DNA from: Squalus acanthias
Taxonomy: Eukaryota
Assembly: GCA_030390025.1 (NCBI GenBank)
Contig: CM059433.1
Coordinates: forward strand, 20,524,001 to 20,588,000
DNA length: 64,000 nt
Direction: 5' to 3'
Below are positions 59,108-64,000 of the stretch, piece by piece. The notes under the pieces were generated by a model, which was given only the letters and a program-made list of their open reading frames with translations, searched no databases and was not told the origin of the DNA. A program made the position numbers and the translations under genes. The first letter of the stretch is position 1; each line of letters opens with the position of its first letter.

Positions 59108-59533
59108 CACATAGAAACATAGAATCTAGGAGCAGGAGTAGGTCATTCGGCCCGTCGAGCCTGCTCCACCATTCAATACGATCATGGCTGATCATCCAAA
59201 TCCAGTACCCTGTCCCTGCTTTAATCCCCACAGTACACATATCCCACCCTACCCCCGTAACCCCACGTATTTAATTCCCCCTAACATATCCCATCCTATC
59301 CCCATAACCCCACATATTTAATACCCCCCTAACACTAAGGGTCAATTTATCATAGCCAAATCAACCTAACCCGCACATTTTTGACTGTGGGAGGAAACCG
59401 GAGCACCCGGAGGAAACCCACGCAGACACGGGGAGAATGTGCAAACTCCACACAGACAGTCACCCGAGGTCAGATTCGAACCCGGGTCCCTGGCGCTGTG
59501 AGACACCAGTGCTAACCACTATGCCACCGTGTC
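59108..59533 (-). mobile_element. HE1-type V-SINE with HER1/CR1-derived tail
   Basis: Minus strand: tRNA-like head (gtggttagcact..gggttcgaatc), V-domain 'gtgtggagtttgcacattctccccgtgtctgcgtgggtttcctccggg', tail matching 5435-5540. Confidence 0.92.
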
Positions 59534-60626
59534 ACATCCATTACAGAAGATATGGAAATGAAGGAATTTGTGCTTCTTAAATCATCTAATACCTTACATC
59601 AGCTGGCAGGTCGAGTGGGTTCTCTTCAAAATGTTATGAATGGGACCGAACTCGAAAGCTTTATTTTTAACAAATCATACAGAACACCTGGCAGACTGCA
59701 GTGGATTCCAGTTAACTGTGCGCTTGCTAATACTTAATCTATATCCAAGTAATCATTTTGGAGCCAATGCACTGTCTCTTAACAGTGCAATTATCTGATG
59801 GCAAAGAATTCACATTAACCTGCACTGTAATTAGATACATTGCCAAAAGACGTGTCATTCTGCTTATTCCATTTGCCAATGCAGCTATGTTTTCAGTCAC
59901 GTTGTAAAGGAAGGATATGGAGATCGATTTGACAAGACATGAATGTGTCATGACTATGCCATAAAATACTGTACTCCTTCACAGAGTATTGGTGGCGAAT
60001 TGAAGAAAATTTGAATACAAATTCATTTAATCTGTGCTCTGAATTACAATTTGGGGTTTCTCGCAACACTTTGACATTCACATGAATTGTATTTCCCATA
60101 AGTCATCAATCTCTGACCTGAAATGTGCAAACTTTAGGCATGTTGTGAATAGGAGTAACAAGCCTCAGGTCAAATAATTACTCTCTTACTGAGATATTTT
60201 GCAACAGAGGTCATACAGGATGCCCACCGTATACTCCTTCCCTCTTGAATGGATAGAAAACCCTATCTTATCAGACTTCATCATTCAGGCTAAAACCTCT
60301 AGAGAATTTATTGTAAGAATTGGATTACATAGAAGCAATCAAACCCAGCAAGAAGCCAATCGTACTAATGCTACTAATACTACAAAGATTTGGATCAGGC
60401 ATCATGAATCTACTCTAGAATGTATACATTCCTGTGAAAAGTCATATGTTATAGTTTGGAGTGAGATGCAGAGCTGCTTCTAAATTACGTTGAAGCTTTG
60501 GTAAAGCATTACAATTGGCTTCGGTGCTACTGAGCGACGGAAGACAAAAAACAGCCAGGTTTGTACTCCTGATCACTAGCCAGTGACTCTTGCTGGAAAT
60601 GTTATCTGAATTAGTGTTGGGCAAGT

Positions 60627-61047
60627 AAAAAGAAAGACGAGCATTTATACAGCCTCTTTCACGACCTCAGGACATCCCAAAGCACATAACAGCCAATGAA
60701 GTACTTTTGAAGTGTAGTCACTGTTGTAATGTAGGAAATGTGGCAGCCAATTTGCGCACAGCAAGGTGCCACAAACAGCACTGTGATAATGACCAGATAA
60801 TCTGCTTTTTTTTACTGATGTTGATGGAGGGATAAATATTGGCCAGGACACTGGGGAGAACTCCCCGGCTCTTCTTCAAAATAATGCTGTGGGATCTTTT
60901 ACATCCACCTGAGAGAGCAGACGGGGCCTCGGTTTAATGTCTTATCCAAAAGACAGCACCTCCAACAGTGCAGCACTCCCTCAGTATTGCACTGAACCCA
61001 CAACCTTCTGACTCAGAGGCGAGAGTGCTGCAGACTGAGCCACAGCT
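60627..61047 (-). mobile_element. SacSINE1-like DeuSINE
   Basis: Reverse complement of head, core and tail; small deletion in head. Confidence 0.9.
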
Positions 61048-61311
61048 CAGTGCAGGAGCAGAACTTGCCTGTGATGCCCCCTGTGGAAAAATAACCTGTC
61101 AATACAACCTGTTTCGACTTGCACATGCAGAATGACCATATGGGTGAGATACAGAAGGGGTTACTGATGTGTTTAGAACCATATACCAACCCGAATCACT
61201 ACCTTCAGGAGTGATGGGGAGAAAAGGAGAACAAACAATAGAAACAATATTTACACCATTTATGTTTGAACTCAAAAAGTGAGGCACCCAGGCCTATTAC
61301 CTTGATCCTGC

Positions 61312-61770
61312 ATCAGCCTGGGTGCTGTGGTACCATTCTCGCCTATAAGTGTGGAGGTCAGAGGCTCAAGCTCTACTACAGAGGCTTGAGCACATAATCC
61401 AGGCTTACATGTAAGTGCAGAGGGAGCACTGTATTATTGGAGTTGCCATCTTTTGGAGGAGATGTTAAACTGAGGCCATATTTTCCTTCTCGGGTGGACA
61501 TAAGAGATTCCACGGCCCTATTGCAAGGAGAGCAAAGGAGTTTTCCCGGTGTCCTGGATAACATTTATCCCTCAATCAACATCACTAAAACAGATTATCA
61601 TGTCATTTATTTCATTGCTGTTTGAGGAACCTTGCTGTGTGCAAATTGACTGCCGTATTTCCTACATTACAACAGTGACTACACTTTAAAAAAGTACTTA
61701 ATTGACTGTGAAGCGCTTTGGGATGTTCTGAAGTAGTGAAGGCGCTATATAAATGCAAGTTCTTTCTTTT
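61312..61770 (+). mobile_element. SacSINE1-like DeuSINE (more diverged)
   Basis: Core and tail 'ggcgctatataaatgcaagttctttc'. Confidence 0.88.
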
Positions 61771-63189
61771 TATTGAATTTGTCTTGAGGTTTCTGTATCC
61801 AACTAACCAGATATAACATTTTTAGATGTTGAAAGAATGTCAGTGGGTTCCTGGAAAGACAAGAAAGAAACACAGCAAAATCGCCGCATGTTAATATGTT
61901 GTCAGTATATTCCTCGGATCTAGATTTTTTTTAAAAAAAGAAAGAGATAAAATAAGATCACTGTCCTTGATCCATTCATGGGTTACCAAAGCCATTCTGG
62001 CTTTGGCAGTCTGATTGTTTGGTTGTCAGTGCAGCATCCCTTCCAAATGCCTGATCGTGCCGTCAAGCTCAGACATGTGCAGGTCTTCAAAAGAAAACAC
62101 TGTTTGCCTTTTCAATTAAGGGTGCAGAGTAACATTGTAAACCCAATTTACTCAGAATAAAGGAATATTTTTGATTGCAATTGGATTATTTTTGCTGGGA
62201 GAGAGAGAGTGAGAGAGAAATATGACTTTTAAAGGTGCCTTATGTGATATAATCATAACTGTTCATGTAAGTATTCACTTTGATTACTGCAGTGTCATTT
62301 TTATGGACTCTGTATTGAAAACAAGACCTTTTATTCTTTTGTAGAACTGCTGTCATTTTGTTCTGACTAAAGATTTGCATAACAAAACCTCAGCCTTATG
62401 ATAAGTAGGGGATTTGGAAGACAAAGTGCTATGTCACTTAGTTACTGATTTAAAAAAATCCAGACTACAGTTTGCAATCAAAGACTGGGAGCTCTTTGCT
62501 AGGGGGTGTCTGCTGATTTATAGCACAATTTCACAATCAGCAGTGCTTTTTAGTAACTGGCATCTTACTTTTGACGCCATCATATTACCATATTTTATAT
62601 TTGTATAATCTTTATACAAGCTATTGTTAAACATCAACAACACACCCAAAGTGTGGGCCTTGGTTGAAATGTGCCTCAAATCAGCCAGTATAGGAGTTAC
62701 TATAAATCATCACAACTTCTAGCTTCGTGGATGTCCATAGTTTAATTTAAACTTCACTAGTCCTTTAATGGAGCATGACATCAGAATATTATTAAATGTG
62801 TAGCATGAGAAGACAGACTTGGTGACATTTTGACCCCTATTTAATGTCCTGTCAGATTTAATAAGCTACCAATGCTGAGCCAAAGAATTCACAATTGTTG
62901 TGTATTCTCAGTGTAGTGTTCGGCCAGCATGATTTATGATGTTTCTGTGGGAACATTTCATTTGCATTTTTAGAAATGCATTTTCTCCCAATACCGCACA
63001 ATGGTATTGAGTTTTTACTGACTTTTTTACACAACTTAGAGTAATTAACAGAGCTTTTTTGAATAGTAGCTTAATTGTTGAACTTTATATGTATCATAAG
63101 TGTGAAAGATTTGGTCTTATGAAGTGAGAGTGTATTAGAAATTAGTTATTTTGGCATCTAACAATAAATAAGAAACCATGTTTAAAAAA

Positions 63190-63727
63190 AAATGTATTTG
63201 TTCACAGGATGTGGGCGTCGCTGGCAAGGCCAGGATTTATTGCCCATCCCTAGTTGCCCTTGAGAAGGTGGTGGTGAGCTGCCTTCTTGAACCACTGCAG
63301 TCCGTGTGGTGAAGGTACTCCCACAGTGCTGTTAGGTAGGGAGTTCCACGATTTTGACCCAGCGACGATGAAGGAACAGCGATATATTTCCAAGTCAGGA
63401 TAGTGTGTGACTTGGAGGTGATGGTGTTCCCATGTGCCTGCTGCCCTTGTCCTTCTAGGTGGAAGAGGTTGCGGGTTTGGGAGGTGCTGCCGAAGAAGCC
63501 TTGGCGAGTTGCTGCAGTGCATCTTGTAGATGGTACACACTGCCGCCACGGTACGCCAGTGGTGGAGAGAGTGAATGTTTAAGGTGGTGGATGGGGTGCC
63601 AATCAAGCGGGCTGCTTTGTCCTGGATGGTGTCGAACTTCTTGAGTGTTGTTGGAGCTGCACTCATCCAGGCAAGTGGAGAGTATTCCATCACACTCCTG
63701 ACTTGTGCCTTGTAGATGGTACATATA
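63190..63727 (-). mobile_element. LINE 3' end (CR1/L2-related clade, distinct family)
   Basis: IYKAQVRSVMEYSPLAWMSA...DTIQDKAARLI...SKSWNSLP. Confidence 0.88.
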
Positions 63728-64000
63728 GGGCTGGATTTTGCCAATGGGGAGCTTTTGGAGGTGGGACTCCCACTTGTCGGGTTTTAGTCCTGCCTCCATC
63801 GACTTCTGGCCAACCCACGCTATTTTCCCTTGATTGACCTTGTTAAGCCCGCCCAGCGGGCTTAGCAGGCCAATTAAGGGGAAGTCGGTTACAGAGAACA
63901 TCAGTGTATGATGTTTCATCTGTCAAAAGATTTTGACAGATGAATTGTCATCGTTTGATAGCTCTGTGAAGCTGTCAAACACTGACATTCTCTGTAGTTT
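63728..64000. mobile_element. Harbinger MITE, same family as 10673-11416, reversed and cut by the window end
   Basis: Reverse-complement match to ~11180-11416; begins gggctggattttgccaatgggg. Confidence 0.9.

Noticed and set aside
1..64000. Prokaryotic or viral system (operon, defence island, endogenous virus)
   Set aside because: No dense long ORFs, and no gag/pol/env or capsid motifs; the recognisable long ORFs derive from vertebrate transposons

Overview
Vertebrate nuclear DNA, almost certainly from a cartilaginous fish (shark or ray). The evidence is an HE1-type V-SINE with a HER1/CR1 tail and many SacSINE1-like DeuSINEs. I see no intact protein-coding gene and no convincing host exon, so the window reads as intronic or intergenic. 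It is dominated by decayed and nested mobile DNA: CR1 LINEs (one near full length at ~30.2-35.5 kb), L2 and Tx1/L1 fragments, Penelope-like elements, a 742-bp solo LTR, three SINE families, and many PIF/Harbinger-type elements (MITEs with 3-bp target duplications, plus larger copies with Myb/SANT gene remnants). The most notable structures are three minimal type-I hammerhead ribozyme motifs in Penelope termini, one of them at the tip of a perfect 82-bp palindrome. There is also a near-perfect 131-bp inverted duplication of a CR1 tail across a MITE hairpin, and a multi-level nested transposon stack at 12.5-19.4 kb. I found no evidence for a wholly new biological system. Family names come from recalled motifs, not database searches, and many boundaries are approximate.
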